This document shows positions 37,711 to 47,743 of a stretch of 64,000 bases of DNA, in pieces. Both the position numbers and the translations under genes were made by a program. Every line of letters begins with the position of its first letter. Within the stretch, counting starts at the first letter, position 1. The notes below the pieces were generated by a model, which had not been told where the DNA came from, did no database searches, and worked only from the letters and a program-made list of their open reading frames with translations. This stretch comes from Deinococcus sp. Lineage in GTDB: Bacteria > Deinococcota > Deinococci > Deinococcales > Deinococcaceae. The stretch covers positions 192,001 through 256,000 of the forward strand of contig OZ253376.1 in NCBI GenBank assembly GCA_965261005.1. The letters run 5' to 3'.

Positions 37711-39086
37711 TTGAAAGCCGGACGAAAGTCAGAGGCGGCTAAAAAGAGCGTCCGCGAGGGTGTCGAAGTCGAAGGGGTGTTGGGATCGGCCGTTGTATTG
37801 CTTGATGCATAAAGCGGCGGCGAGCTGTTGCAAACCGGCAAGCACGACCTTCTTGCCCGGTGGCCTGTTCTTGTGCGGTACATACCCGCCCAGATGCGCC
37901 AGCAGCTGGACCTGAGCCGAGTCCAAGGTCTCGCCCAGCGCAAAGACGAACGACGCGGCAATCCAAGCGAAGTCGAGCAGCCGGACTTGTTCCCAACGGC
38001 TCGGGACGCCCCGACGCCATCCAAGGGCGTCCTTGGTCCACGAGAATACGTCCTCCACGCTCCAGCGGCGTAGGTACAGGCGGACAATCTGCCCAGCCTG
38101 TCCTGGGCCGTCCGTCGACAAGTTGGTCAGCAGCAGCCAGCCCTGCTGATCGGCGTCGCCACGCGGCACGTTGAAGTCGAGCTTGACCACGTTCACCCGA
38201 ATGCGCCCGTCGTCCAGATAGACTTCGCGGGCACGGACCTGAGCCGGGGTGAGCTTCCACCTGGCCTTGCCCGGCTTGCCGCTGGGGCGGCGCATCTCGA
38301 AACGCTCCAGCACCACCTCGCTCTGCACGGCGTTCTGCAAGAACAGGTCGGCCGAGGTCGGTTGGAGACGAGATTTGCGCTTGATGTGTTGGGCGCGAAT
38401 GACGAAGCCGCAGTTGAGCTGTGTCAGCAGCTTGATGAGCTTGAGGTCATCAAAGCCACGGTCGAGCACGAAGATCAGTCGTCCTACCCCTACCCGGCGC
38501 AGCGCGGCCACGATGGCCCGGATGGCGGCGTGGACCTGAGCGTTCTCACTCCGAAAGCCACTCGCCAGCGGACTGTAGGTGGTGTGGTAGAGCAAGGCCC
38601 GCGTGCCGTCGCCGGCCAAGCCGATGGCGTTCAGAGTGGGATATCCGGAGACCGGATCGCCGTCCAGCGCCCGCACGGTAGCGAGGTATTCGAGCTGCTG
38701 GCTGTGCGGCTTGCGCAAGTCCGAGCCGTCTTTCCCCCCGATCACCTCAGCCTGAGCGGCCAGGCGTTGCGCCCCCTGTTCGGTCAGACGCGCGCCGAGA
38801 ACATCGGCCTGCACGTTGGCGCGTTGGTTGTCGCCCGCCACCAAACGGCGTAAGCGGCGCTCGGCGTGCGGGACGTGGCTGGTCTGGGGGGCGGCGCGCA
38901 CGATCTTGCGCACTCGGGTCGAACCGCTGGCCAGGATGCCGCTCAGCGCTGCCTCGAATCCTGCGAAGAGCCGGGCGTCCTGAAACAAGTCGCGGTAGCC
39001 CTGCGCCATACGGCGCACCAACCCCGCCTCTATCTCGCAAACACTCATCCTTCTGTATACCGCCCTGACTTTTGTCCGGCTTTCAA
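37711..39086 (-). mobile_element. IS4-superfamily DDE element
   Basis: TIR TTGAAAGCCGGACRAAAGTCAG; CGGTTG duplicated at 37705-37710 and 39087-39092. Confidence 0.88.
37729..39048 (-). CDS. DDE transposase (altered by a small insertion)
   Basis: DGSDLRKP, LDRGFD, YLRRWSVEDVF..K. Confidence 0.8.
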   Translation of the reverse strand: MSVCEIEAGLVRRMAQGYRDLFQDARLFAGFEAALSGILASGSTRVRKIVRAAPQTSHVPHAERRLRRLVAGDNQRANVQADVLGARLTEQGAQRLAAQAEVIGGKDGSDLRKPHSQQLEYLATVRALDGDPVSGYPTLNAIGLAGDGTRALLYHTTYSPLASGFRSENAQVHAAIRAIVAALRRVGVGRLIFVLDRGFDDLKLIKLLTQLNCGFVIRAQHIKRKSRLQPTSADLFLQNAVQSEVVLERFEMRRPSGKPGKARWKLTPAQVRAREVYLDDGRIRVNVVKLDFNVPRGDADQQGWLLLTNLSTDGPGQAGQIVRLYLRRWSVEDVFSWTKDALGWRRGVPSRWEQVRLLDFAWIAASFVFALGETLDSAQVQLLAHLGGYVPHKNRPPGKKVVLAGLQQLAAALCIKQYNGRSQHPFDFDTLADALFSRL

Positions 39087-39239
39087 CGGTTGCAGTTGAC
39101 TTCCGCTGCATACCGGGGTATGCTGAAGATACAGGCGGCCGAAAGGCCGCATTTTTTGGTTCTGGAGCCGCGTTCTGCGAACATTTTCCTCACACAGGGC
39201 GGCCCATCGGGTATCCTGTCTCCAGGAGGCGCGGCCATG

Positions 39240-41323
39240 ATGGAGTACCGGCGCAGGGCGAGCAGCAGGACGCTTCTGCGTGGCCTACCGTCTACATTCC
39301 TGACCCGACGCCCGCCCAGCGTGCCGAGTAGGTCCTGCTCGCCCTCTCCCACCGCGACCCCGCCGCGTACCGGGAACAGCTGGTCCTGTTCGAGCGCAAC
39401 CCCGAGGCGGTGCTGTCGCAGGCCAAGGCCGGTCACGAGCGTGAAGCGCTGCGCGAGGTCTACCAAAGCGAATTGAAGCAGGAAGTCCAGCGCCTTGCCT
39501 GGGAACGTGAAGCTCCCCAGCGCGAAAAGCAGGCCAGGCGCGCAGCCCAGCAGAAGCAGCTTCAAGAGAACCGGCAAGCCAAGCTGACCGCCACGCGAGA
39601 GCGCCGGCAAGGGGAGCGGCAAGAGAACGAGGCGAAGAGGCCGCAGGTCAAGGCAGAGCGCGCCAAGCAACGCGCTTCACAGCAGCCCACCCGAAGCCCC
39701 GCCAAGCTCGCCCAGCAGCTCTTGCCCTTCCTGGAAGCACCACCCGCCGGCACTTGGAGCGGGCACAGACCTTTCTCAACTACTCCACCCCTCAGACTCG
39801 CGCCGAGGTGCTGAAGCTGGTCGTCCAGCGCCACCCCTTGCAGGTAGATCAACTGCTGTACGGCTTGCCGACAAGAGAGGTCGAAGCCTTATTGCGCCTC
39901 ATCACGCGGGCCAAGCAGGACTTAGGGCTGCTGCCGGTAGTTGAACAGCCCAAAGCAATTCAGGCGACGCTGACCTTCGCGGTCTTTCGCCCAACTCAGG
40001 CCAAGGTGCCGGATCAACCGGGGCCCGAGGCGGTGAGTGCGGCCGTCTCTCAGCTGGTCCAACTGTCGCAGCTGGGCGGGGCGAGCGGCGGGGCCATCAC
40101 CGCTCAGCTGCACGGCCTGTCGCCCGCCGTCCGGTCGGCCGTTCTCCGACAACTCCAGCACGCCCACCCGCAGACCTGGGCCAAGCTCAAGCTCCTCTTG
40201 GGCAGCCTTGACCCACAGGACGCCAGCGCCAAGCTCAGCCCCTACGACTATGCCGAGCGGCTGTGCGGGCTGCTGGACCATCCCAGTCCTGAGCATGATG
40301 TCCGTACCCTGGTCGAGACAGCCCAGCGTCACGGCAAGGTTGGCCAGGTCGCGGACGCCTATCGCCGGATGTTCGGTCAAGACCTCGCCGAAGCGCTCGG
40401 ATCGCACCTCAACACATCCGGCACCCGGCAACACGTCTTCGCCCTTCTTCAGCTGAACAAACCGCCTCAAACCACGCCCGCACAGCAAGCGGTTGACATC
40501 CTGCGCTTGGTCGCCTCCGTCCCCGAAGCCCTGGCGGGCAGCTTGGTGCCGCAGCCCAATCCGTTCGGCTTGCAGCGCCACTTCCAGCGCGACATGATCG
40601 TGCGCTCGCTGATCGCGCAAGTCGGCTTCGATCTCCTTCAGCAGGCGTACCTGAGCGTTACCAAGCGCGACCTGCTCACCGACTTCGACCGCGAATGCCG
40701 CGACGCACCAGATTTCCCGTTGCCCGGACTGGGTGAGGCGACCTTGACCCGCCACGTCTTTTTTGAGCAAGTGGTCAAGCGCATGGCGTACATGAACGAC
40801 GCGGATCTGGCTCAGGTGAATCTGGACCGGCAGGGGCCGTTCACCTCGGGCCGTCCAGCCGGGTTGAGGGCGGCCCCGCTCGAATCGCAGCTCGAACCGG
40901 CCAAGCTGTTGCACATCTTCGGCTACGGCCGTACTGAGGTGCTGCACGGCAAGTGGGGCGTGTAGCTGCTGATCGTTCACCCTGAAGACAAGCGTCAGCC
41001 GGCCATCATCGCGTTCCGGGGAACGGAAGGGGTCTCCTTCGATTTCGGGGATTACGCCTCCGAGTCCGCGCTCGACACGCAGATGGGCGACTTCAACAAG
41101 GCCCCGGTCGGCTACCTGATGGTCGCGCAGAACAAAGCCCTGATCGACCGCGCGTTCACGCTGGCGGTCGGAAGCAGCTCTGCGGGGGTGACGGTGCTGG
41201 GGCACTCCTTGGCCGGGCCGATGGCCCAGCTCAGCGCGTTACAGCACAAAGACGTGGTCCGCGAGTGCGTCACCTTCGACGCGCCAGGAATCGAGGCGGC
41301 CGACGCCAGAAAGCTCGAAGCTT
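39240..41323 (+). pseudogene. Disrupted large protein: coiled coil, annexin-like repeats and class-3 lipase domain
   Basis: Frameshift near 39770, in-frame TAG at 40963-40965, AFRGTE and VLGHSLAG motifs; cut by an IS at 41324. Confidence 0.65.
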
Positions 41324-42466
41324 CAGTACCGGACAACTTCAAATCGAGTGTGTCCAGGCGAGGATTTCACGCATAGCTAAGGTGAGTCTATGCAAGACGA
41401 CAAGAGCGGCATTCTGGGGTTGTGACCCCTCCAGAAACCGCTCTGCCTGATCTTACCAGCCTGCCTGAAGTCTTGAAGCGCCACCTGCCCTTTTTGCGGA
41501 TCGACACCCTCAAGCGGGTGGCCGATGTCGTCTGCGCGCTGATCCAAGCCCAATCGACAAGGCAGACCTGCCTTGCTCCACATCTTCCCGGTCTCGCTTC
41601 CTTTGAGGCCAAGAAACGCCGCGTCGAACGCTGCTTTCAAGATGGGCAGCTCGATGGCAACGCCTTCGCGCGTGTCCTGATCGCCCTGTTGCCCCCTGGC
41701 AAGCTCACCTGAATCTGCTGGTTCTGGGTGTGGTCCTCGAAGGCTTCACGCTGCCCCTGGTCTGGGTCGCCCTTCCACATGGCGGCAGCAGCAACACGGC
41801 CGCGCGTGAACGTCTGGTCGCTCGACTGCTCAAGCTCCTCCCCGCCAAGCGCTGGAAGGTCTTGGTCGCCGACCGTGAGTTTCTGGGTGGGGACTGGTTC
41901 TCGTTTCTGCGAAAACGCCGTGTCAAGCGCTGTATCCGTATTCGACTCGACACATGGGTGGACGGACAGCGCGTCTCCGAGGCGTTTCAGCACGTTCAAG
42001 CTGGGCAGGTGGTGGGCTTGCTCGACAAGGCCAGCGTCATGCAGGTCGTCGTCACCAGGGACCGGGACGGTGGACTGTTCGTGCTCGCCACCGATCTGCT
42101 TATCGCTGACACCCGCGCCGTCTACCGGCTGCGTTTCTCCATCGAGTGTAGCTTCAGCGCGATGAAGACCAGGGGCTTCGGATTGGAGGAGAGCCACATG
42201 ACCAAGGCTGACCGTTTGGAGCGGCTGTTCGGTCTACTGACCTTGGCCTTCACCTGCTGCTTGAGGGTCGGGGCGTGGCGCCATGCTCAAGATCCCATTC
42301 CAGTCAAGAAACACGGTCGGCGCGCCGTGAGCATGGTGCGCTACGGCTGGGAACTGCTCGCGCCTGCCCTGCGCTGGAACCCCCTCGACTGTGCCGCCTA
42401 CTTCGCTCTCCTTCATCAGCCTTTCCTCGCGCTAGGTGCACCTTGAACACGAGTTGTCCGGTACTG
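41324..42466 (+). mobile_element. IS4-family element with internal deletion/frameshift
   Basis: TIR CAGTACCGGACAACT; VADREF, YRLRFSIECSFSAMKTRGF. Confidence 0.88.
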
Positions 42467-42500
42467 AAGGGGCGTTCTTACATAAGAACGCCCCTTCTAC

Positions 42501-43695
42501 CTGACTACCCCTCAAAACGCAGAGCGAGTCGAGCGAGATATTTCCAGTTGTCTGGGGAGGGGTGAAGCAGAAGGTCTTGGAGGGTGTCGAGGCCGAGGCG
42601 GAAGACGCTGACTTGGGCGTAGCCGTGGGCTTTGCGCTTGATCTTATGCTGAGCCGCTTGGAATTCACCCGTGAGGCAGGCCCAGACAAAAGCGAGCGAC
42701 ACGACCACCAGCAGCGTGGAGACGCGCTCAGCCCGAGTGAGGCCAGTGTCTTCGAGGTTGAAGCCTCTGGTTTTGAGCGCGGCGTGCAGGTTCTCGCACT
42801 GCCATCTCAGCGCGTAGCGGCGTAGGTTCTGGCCGGACCAGCCCTTGTACGCCAAGTACGTGGCAAGACGGAGCAGGACGGCCTGCTCCTCGACTTGATG
42901 GATACGACGTGTCTCTACAACCTTGGTAGAGCATCTCGCCGGCAGCGTTCTTGGTCGCCAGCACGCGTAGCTTGACGCCGTAGACGGTGACGGCCTTGTG
43001 CCAGAAGCGCACCTCACCGACATGGAGCTTGCGAAAGCAGGCCCAGACGGGGATGCCGTTCATCTTCGAGTTGGCGCGCAGTCGGATACAGGGGGCGATC
43101 TGGTGCTGAGCGAGAAAAGAGAACCACGTCTTTCCGACGAACTCGCGGTCGGCCAGCAGTCCGGAGACGCGCCGATTACCAGCAACAGCCAGAACACGGG
43201 AAAGCAACTGCTGACGGTCGCGCTGGGCGCTGGCACCGCCATGTGGGAGCAGGGTCCACATCAGCGGGAAGCTGAACGACTTCCAAGTGGCGCTGAGCAG
43301 CAGGACGTTCACGTCGCTTTTGCCGAGCTTCCAATTGGTGCGGTCCAAGATCAGCCACAGATCGCCAGGGGGAAGCAGCTTCAACACAAAGCGAGTAAAG
43401 AGGCCGTCTGGAACGACGAACTGGACAAAGCGCAGCAGACGCTGGTAACGCATCTCGCGGCTACCGGGAACTGGACATGGTTCTTGAGGCTGTAGAGCAC
43501 CACGCTACGCGCTTGCAGCACGGCCAGCACCAAGGCTGCCAGCACACAGAGACGGCGGGCGTCCAGAGGAAAGGCGGACTGAAGCGCGGCTTGCAGGGTA
43601 TCGTGGGGTGGTCGGCTCCTGGTGTTCTTCATTCCAGAAAACATCGTACTGGAGCCGGCTTCCTGCTGTCTCCATCAGTTTTGAGGGGTAGTCAG
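42501..43695 (-). mobile_element. IS4-family element, frameshifted, abutting a truncated CRISPR repeat
   Basis: Perfect TIR CTGACTACCCCTCAAAAC; LDRTNWK, LADREF, YALRWQCENLHAALKTRGFNLE. Confidence 0.9.
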
Positions 43696-43775
43696 GGTTG
43701 AAGCATGGCGACCCCCAAGCCCAGGGCGCCCACGCCGAGTTTCAGTCCCCTGTCGCTCGGGGAAGTGGTTGAAGC
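43696..43775 (-). CRISPR. Remnant CRISPR array: one full repeat, one 34-nt spacer, 9 nt of a second repeat
   Basis: Repeat at 43739-43775 differs by one base from the main repeat; partial repeat 43696-43704 ends at the IS. Confidence 0.9.
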
Positions 43776-43990
43776 AGCTTATTTCACGTCGCTCAGCCGT
43801 TGGTGCTCCCGGTTGTCATGCGGCGCGCAGTGCGGTGACCACGACACCCAGCATAACGCACCAGCCGACTTCGGCAGTGGCGTTCACCATTTGCGGGCCG
43901 CTTCCAGCACTGTTTTTGCTTCACACAATATGTTCAGGACGCAGCCGCCCTGGACAGCCCCAGAAAACGTGTTTTGCACGCCTCGCAAAT
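43776..43990 (-). promoter_or_regulatory. CRISPR leader of the remnant array
   Basis: Shares GAAATAAGC, CCGCATGACAAC and ATTTGCG.GGCGTGC blocks with 56990-57224. Confidence 0.8.
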
Positions 43991-44026
43991 CGGCGGCCAT
44001 TCGGAGCAGCCCAGGCTCTTGCGGCG

Positions 44027-44156
44027 TCATACGGGATGGCTTTGATTCCAATCTATGCTGGAAAAGTGCCAACATAGATTTCCATCGTCGCCATCCCGTA
44101 CTCTCTTCTACTCGCTCCGCTCGGATTCGTCTTCGACTCATCTTAAGTTCGTATCA
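44027..44156 (+). repeat. Interspersed palindromic repeat copy (divergent), supplies the cas4 stop codon
   Basis: TCATACGGGA...CCCGTACTCTCTTCTACTCGCTCCGCTCGG...CGTATCA. Confidence 0.8.
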
Positions 44157-44738
44157 CAGGGTGTCCCCGCAGAAGTTCCGCAGCTCGCATTCCAGACACT
44201 TGACCGGCTGGGACGTGGGTGGCGGGCAGCGCCCAGCTAGGATGAAGCCGCGCACCGTCTCGATGGCCGCCCGCGTGCGGTTTCTCAGCCGGGTGTCGAA
44301 GGGGATGATGTGGGTCTGGCGGGTGCGGCTGCTGTGCCAGTACCCGTGCGGGCAGGTGAGCTTCAGTTCGGTTTCCACCAGCAGGGCGTAGGCGCACAGT
44401 TGCAGCTTGTGGCCGGGGTCGGGTGGGCGCGGGGTGTGCTTGAACTCCACTGGAAAGGCCCGCGTGCCGTCCGTGATAAGGAGGTCCAGCTCGCCGGTCA
44501 GGCCGAGCGCGGGGCTGGTCAGGCGCAGGTCGTAGCGGCGCTCACCCTCGGCCAAGTCATAACGGCTGAGGGTGCGCCGCCTCTCGCGCAGCAGTTCGGT
44601 TTGGTGCTTTTCGCGCCCGTGCGTCATCAACACGGTCTCGCGCCGCCGGACGGGCGTACAGCGCTCAAAGAAGATCACGCGGGGGCAGTAGTGGTGCTGC
44701 CGCAGTTCGGTGGGCGTGATAAGCAGCGGTTCAGTCAT
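44154..44738 (-). CDS. cas4: CRISPR-associated exonuclease Cas4
   Basis: YCPR, GELD, PVEFK, QLCAY, C..C..RNFC. Confidence 0.95.
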   Translation of the reverse strand: MTEPLLITPTELRQHHYCPRVIFFERCTPVRRRETVLMTHGREKHQTELLRERRRTLSRYDLAEGERRYDLRLTSPALGLTGELDLLITDGTRAFPVEFKHTPRPPDPGHKLQLCAYALLVETELKLTCPHGYWHSSRTRQTHIIPFDTRLRNRTRAAIETVRGFILAGRCPPPTSQPVKCLECELRNFCGDTL

Positions 44739-45024
44739 CTTCCGCCTCCTGATGCAGGATGGTGGCGCCCTCGATCTGCGACTGTTCGAGCTGGAGGACG
44801 GCGATCAGGCCGGGGCTGTTCCCCATCGCCTGTTCCAGCCGCGTCTCCAGCTCGCGCCGGGCCGCGCCCGTCAGCCGCCCTTGGTAGGCGCTGTACTGCC
44901 AGCGGGCCAGGCCGTAGTCTTTGCAGGCGTTCATCACCCGTGCGCGGCGTTTGTCGTCCCGCACGTCGTACAGCACCAGGGTGGGCTGTCCGGCCTTGCG
45001 GGGATCTTGCAGCAGCTTCGGCAT
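44731..45024 (-). CDS. cas2: CRISPR-associated Cas2
   Basis: VLYDVRDDKRR...CKDYGLARWQYSAY.G. Confidence 0.93.
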   Translation of the reverse strand: MPKLLQDPRKAGQPTLVLYDVRDDKRRARVMNACKDYGLARWQYSAYQGRLTGAARRELETRLEQAMGNSPGLIAVLQLEQSQIEGATILHQEAEDD

Positions 45025-45027
45025 GGG

Positions 45028-46038
45028 CTACCAGCTGGCGACGTAGACGGGATAGTCGCCCTCCCCGCGCAGAAAGCCGGCGAGGCGGCGGGCCTGCATC
45101 ACCATGATGTTCTGGAGGCGGAAGCGTTTGCCGCCCACCAGGTCGCGCGTGTCGAGGCGGTCGTTCACGGCGGTGGCGATGCGCCCGCGCGTCTCCGGGG
45201 TCAGCCTGCCGTGTTCGTCCGTCCCCGGCCGCCAGCCGCGTCCCAGCAGCGCGAGGACGGGCCGGTCCACGCAGGCGGCGCGAAAACCCTCCACGAAGTC
45301 CAGCACCAAGCTGGGTTTGCCGGGCCGGTCGGTGTGCAAAAAGCCCGCGAAGGGTTCCAGGCCCGCCGTCGCCAGCACGCCCGCCGTCCGCGCGTAGAGG
45401 ATGCCGTAGCCATAGTTCAGCGTCATGTTGCCAGCGTCGGTCGCGCCACGCCCCAGGCGCCCCGGAAAGGCGAGGTCGGGGGGCAGCAGCGCCGCCACCG
45501 CGCCCCAGTACACCACGCCGCCGCGCCCCTCGATGCCCAGCAGCACGTCGCGCACCTCGTCAATGCACGCGCCCTGTTGGGCGTCCAGCTCGGCTTCCAG
45601 CGCGGTCAGGCCGGGAAGGGCACGCTGGATGGCCTCATACGCGGCGGGGTCGGCCCCACGGCGGTACTTGCCGAAGTACTTGAGCAGGCTGGCCTGGTTC
45701 CGCAGCCGGGCGCGGATGGCGTGCCGGGCGACCTCCACGCCCGCTGGGGTGAGGTAGGCTCCCATCTGCGCGCGGCGGGTGCTGACCGTGCCCACCAGGT
45801 AAGGGCTTGAAAACTTGGCGTAGGGCGCGCCCAGGCCGTCCAACAGATCAATTTGCACCCCGAACTTGGCGCAGGCGCGGATGGCCTCGGCGCTGAGGGT
45901 GCAGGCGGTGGTCGTGACCGTGACGGTTTCGAGGTCGCGCAGGGCCACCTCCCGCGTCTCCTGCTGCGGGTGGCGCAGTTGCAGCCGCTCGCTCCGCAGG
46001 GCCAGAAAGGTGCCGCGCTCCGAGATGACGAGGTTCAT
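45028..46038 (-). CDS. cas1: CRISPR-associated Cas1
   Basis: LLGIEG, NMTLNYGYGIL, GFLH, SLVLDFVEGFR. Confidence 0.96.
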   Translation of the reverse strand: MNLVISERGTFLALRSERLQLRHPQQETREVALRDLETVTVTTTACTLSAEAIRACAKFGVQIDLLDGLGAPYAKFSSPYLVGTVSTRRAQMGAYLTPAGVEVARHAIRARLRNQASLLKYFGKYRRGADPAAYEAIQRALPGLTALEAELDAQQGACIDEVRDVLLGIEGRGGVVYWGAVAALLPPDLAFPGRLGRGATDAGNMTLNYGYGILYARTAGVLATAGLEPFAGFLHTDRPGKPSLVLDFVEGFRAACVDRPVLALLGRGWRPGTDEHGRLTPETRGRIATAVNDRLDTRDLVGGKRFRLQNIMVMQARRLAGFLRGEGDYPVYVASW

Positions 46039-46133
46039 GGGGAGAGCGTGACAGAGGGAGGCGTCATTAGGTGACGTGTAGAAAGTCGGAAGGTGTATGA
46101 CGATCTAACAGCAGGTGTTCAATTATCAGCCCG

Positions 46134-46817
46134 TTAGCCCGTGCGCTGATACAACGTGGACCGTTTGCTGGAGCGTACCAGCCGGTACGGCACCAGGGCC
46201 GACACCACCACGCGGTCGGGCTTATCTGCCGTGAAGGTGCTGAGCTTGTCCCAGCTCATCTTCGGGCCGTAATCGTCCAGGTAGTGCATCACGGCCCCGC
46301 TGAGGGTGGTGCGCGGGTCGCCCGTGTGGGTGACGAAGGCGGCGTCTAGTTCGGGCTGTTCTTCCAGCCCGAGCCACTGGATGAAGCCGCCGCGTTTGCC
46401 GAGCATGTTCAGGCGCAGGAGCAGGTCTGCCAGCGTCTGCCGCTCCGAATCCCCCAACTTGGAGACTTCAAAGGCCAGCCGCAACTCGCCGCGAAACTGG
46501 ATGTACTCTCGGAACGCCACCGTCGGCTTAAAGGGGTTGCCCGGCTCAGGCATCTTGGGTGGGCGCTGCACCTTGACAAAGGCGTTCGTCACACAGGCCC
46601 ATTCCGGCGGGCTGCTTCGCACGGACAAAGTGCGCAGCCAGCCAAACACCTCCTGTGCAAAGGCCACGCCCTGCCAATTCACGGCCACATCGATCAGGGC
46701 TGTCTTGACCGCGTAGGGACTCGGCACCAGCAGAGATTTCCCGGCGGCGCTCGTCGCCTGCGAGTCCTTGAGGCTGAACATGGCCGTCGGCTCATAGGTC
46801 GCCACCAGCCAGGTCAT
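46134..46817 (-). CDS. cas5: Cas5
   Basis: FSLK...KSLLVPSPYAVKTAL, FREY, LGKRGGF; follows cas7. Confidence 0.85.
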   Translation of the reverse strand: MTWLVATYEPTAMFSLKDSQATSAAGKSLLVPSPYAVKTALIDVAVNWQGVAFAQEVFGWLRTLSVRSSPPEWACVTNAFVKVQRPPKMPEPGNPFKPTVAFREYIQFRGELRLAFEVSKLGDSERQTLADLLLRLNMLGKRGGFIQWLGLEEQPELDAAFVTHTGDPRTTLSGAVMHYLDDYGPKMSWDKLSTFTADKPDRVVVSALVPYRLVRSSKRSTLYQRTG

Positions 46818-47743
46818 GACGGCAGGGTCTGGCTCATCACCTCGGCAAAGGTACCCAGCGAGCCGAAGGGCTGCACGCCAATGGGTTTGCCGCTCATCCG
46901 CGAGAGCGCCCCCGCGATCTGCTCCACCTGCGCCTCGAACTCCGGGTGCAGGGCGCTGACCGTTGGCGCGGGCACGCTGTGGTCGCTGGTGGTGATGACG
47001 CCCCGGAAGTCGGTCAAGTGCGGACTCTGGGTGTTCCGCATCGCGCCGCCGGGATGCAGGAAGGTCTGCGTCAGCGCCCGCAGCACGGCGGTCAGGCGTC
47101 TGTCCCGCTCGGCATCGTCAATGGCGTACTCGCGGGTGATGCCGTTCAGGCCGATGCGGTGCGCCTCCACATGGGCGACAAGCGCGTACTGACCGCTGGA
47201 CGCAGGGCGGTGAAAAATGGCCTGCCCTCGGTTGCTGCCGTCGTCAGAACCGGTCTTGCCGCGTCCCTGTGGGTCGTACTTGACGTGGAAATAGCTGCCC
47301 GTCTTGACCTTTTCCGGCACGCCCGGCACCCAGGAGAACTCCACCACGCTCTTGCGGCCCAAGCTGCGGTTGCCCTGCGTGATGAGGATGCCCGCCACAT
47401 CGTCCAGCGCGCAGGCGTTTGGGAGCATATCCAAAATCTCAGCATTGCTCTTGCCCTTCGTCGCCTGCTCAAAGTTGGGGTCAGCGTTCAGCCGGTTCGC
47501 ATTCAGGGTCTGGCAGCCCGCGCACAACGTCAGCCCCATCTCCTGAGCGATGGCTTGGAAGTGTTCCGTGAAGATGTGCTTGAACATGTCGCCCGACACG
47601 GCGTTGACGGGGTGCAGTTCGCCGTCCGCCGTCACCACGTCCACCATGCGGGTCTGGATGTGGTTGCCCTCACCGCCCTCGTTGTTCAGCGAGTGCAGGT
47701 TCAGGGTGGCGAGGCCGGAGATGGACAGGGTTCGCAGGGTCAC
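46814..47743 (-). CDS. cas7: Cas7, DevR/Csa2-like
   Basis: LHSLNNEG..GN, AVSGDMFKH, CAGC, DDVAG, RKSVVEF, IFHRPASSGQY. Confidence 0.9.
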   Translation of the reverse strand: MTLRTLSISGLATLNLHSLNNEGGEGNHIQTRMVDVVTADGELHPVNAVSGDMFKHIFTEHFQAIAQEMGLTLCAGCQTLNANRLNADPNFEQATKGKSNAEILDMLPNACALDDVAGILITQGNRSLGRKSVVEFSWVPGVPEKVKTGSYFHVKYDPQGRGKTGSDDGSNRGQAIFHRPASSGQYALVAHVEAHRIGLNGITREYAIDDAERDRRLTAVLRALTQTFLHPGGAMRNTQSPHLTDFRGVITTSDHSVPAPTVSALHPEFEAQVEQIAGALSRMSGKPIGVQPFGSLGTFAEVMSQTLPS

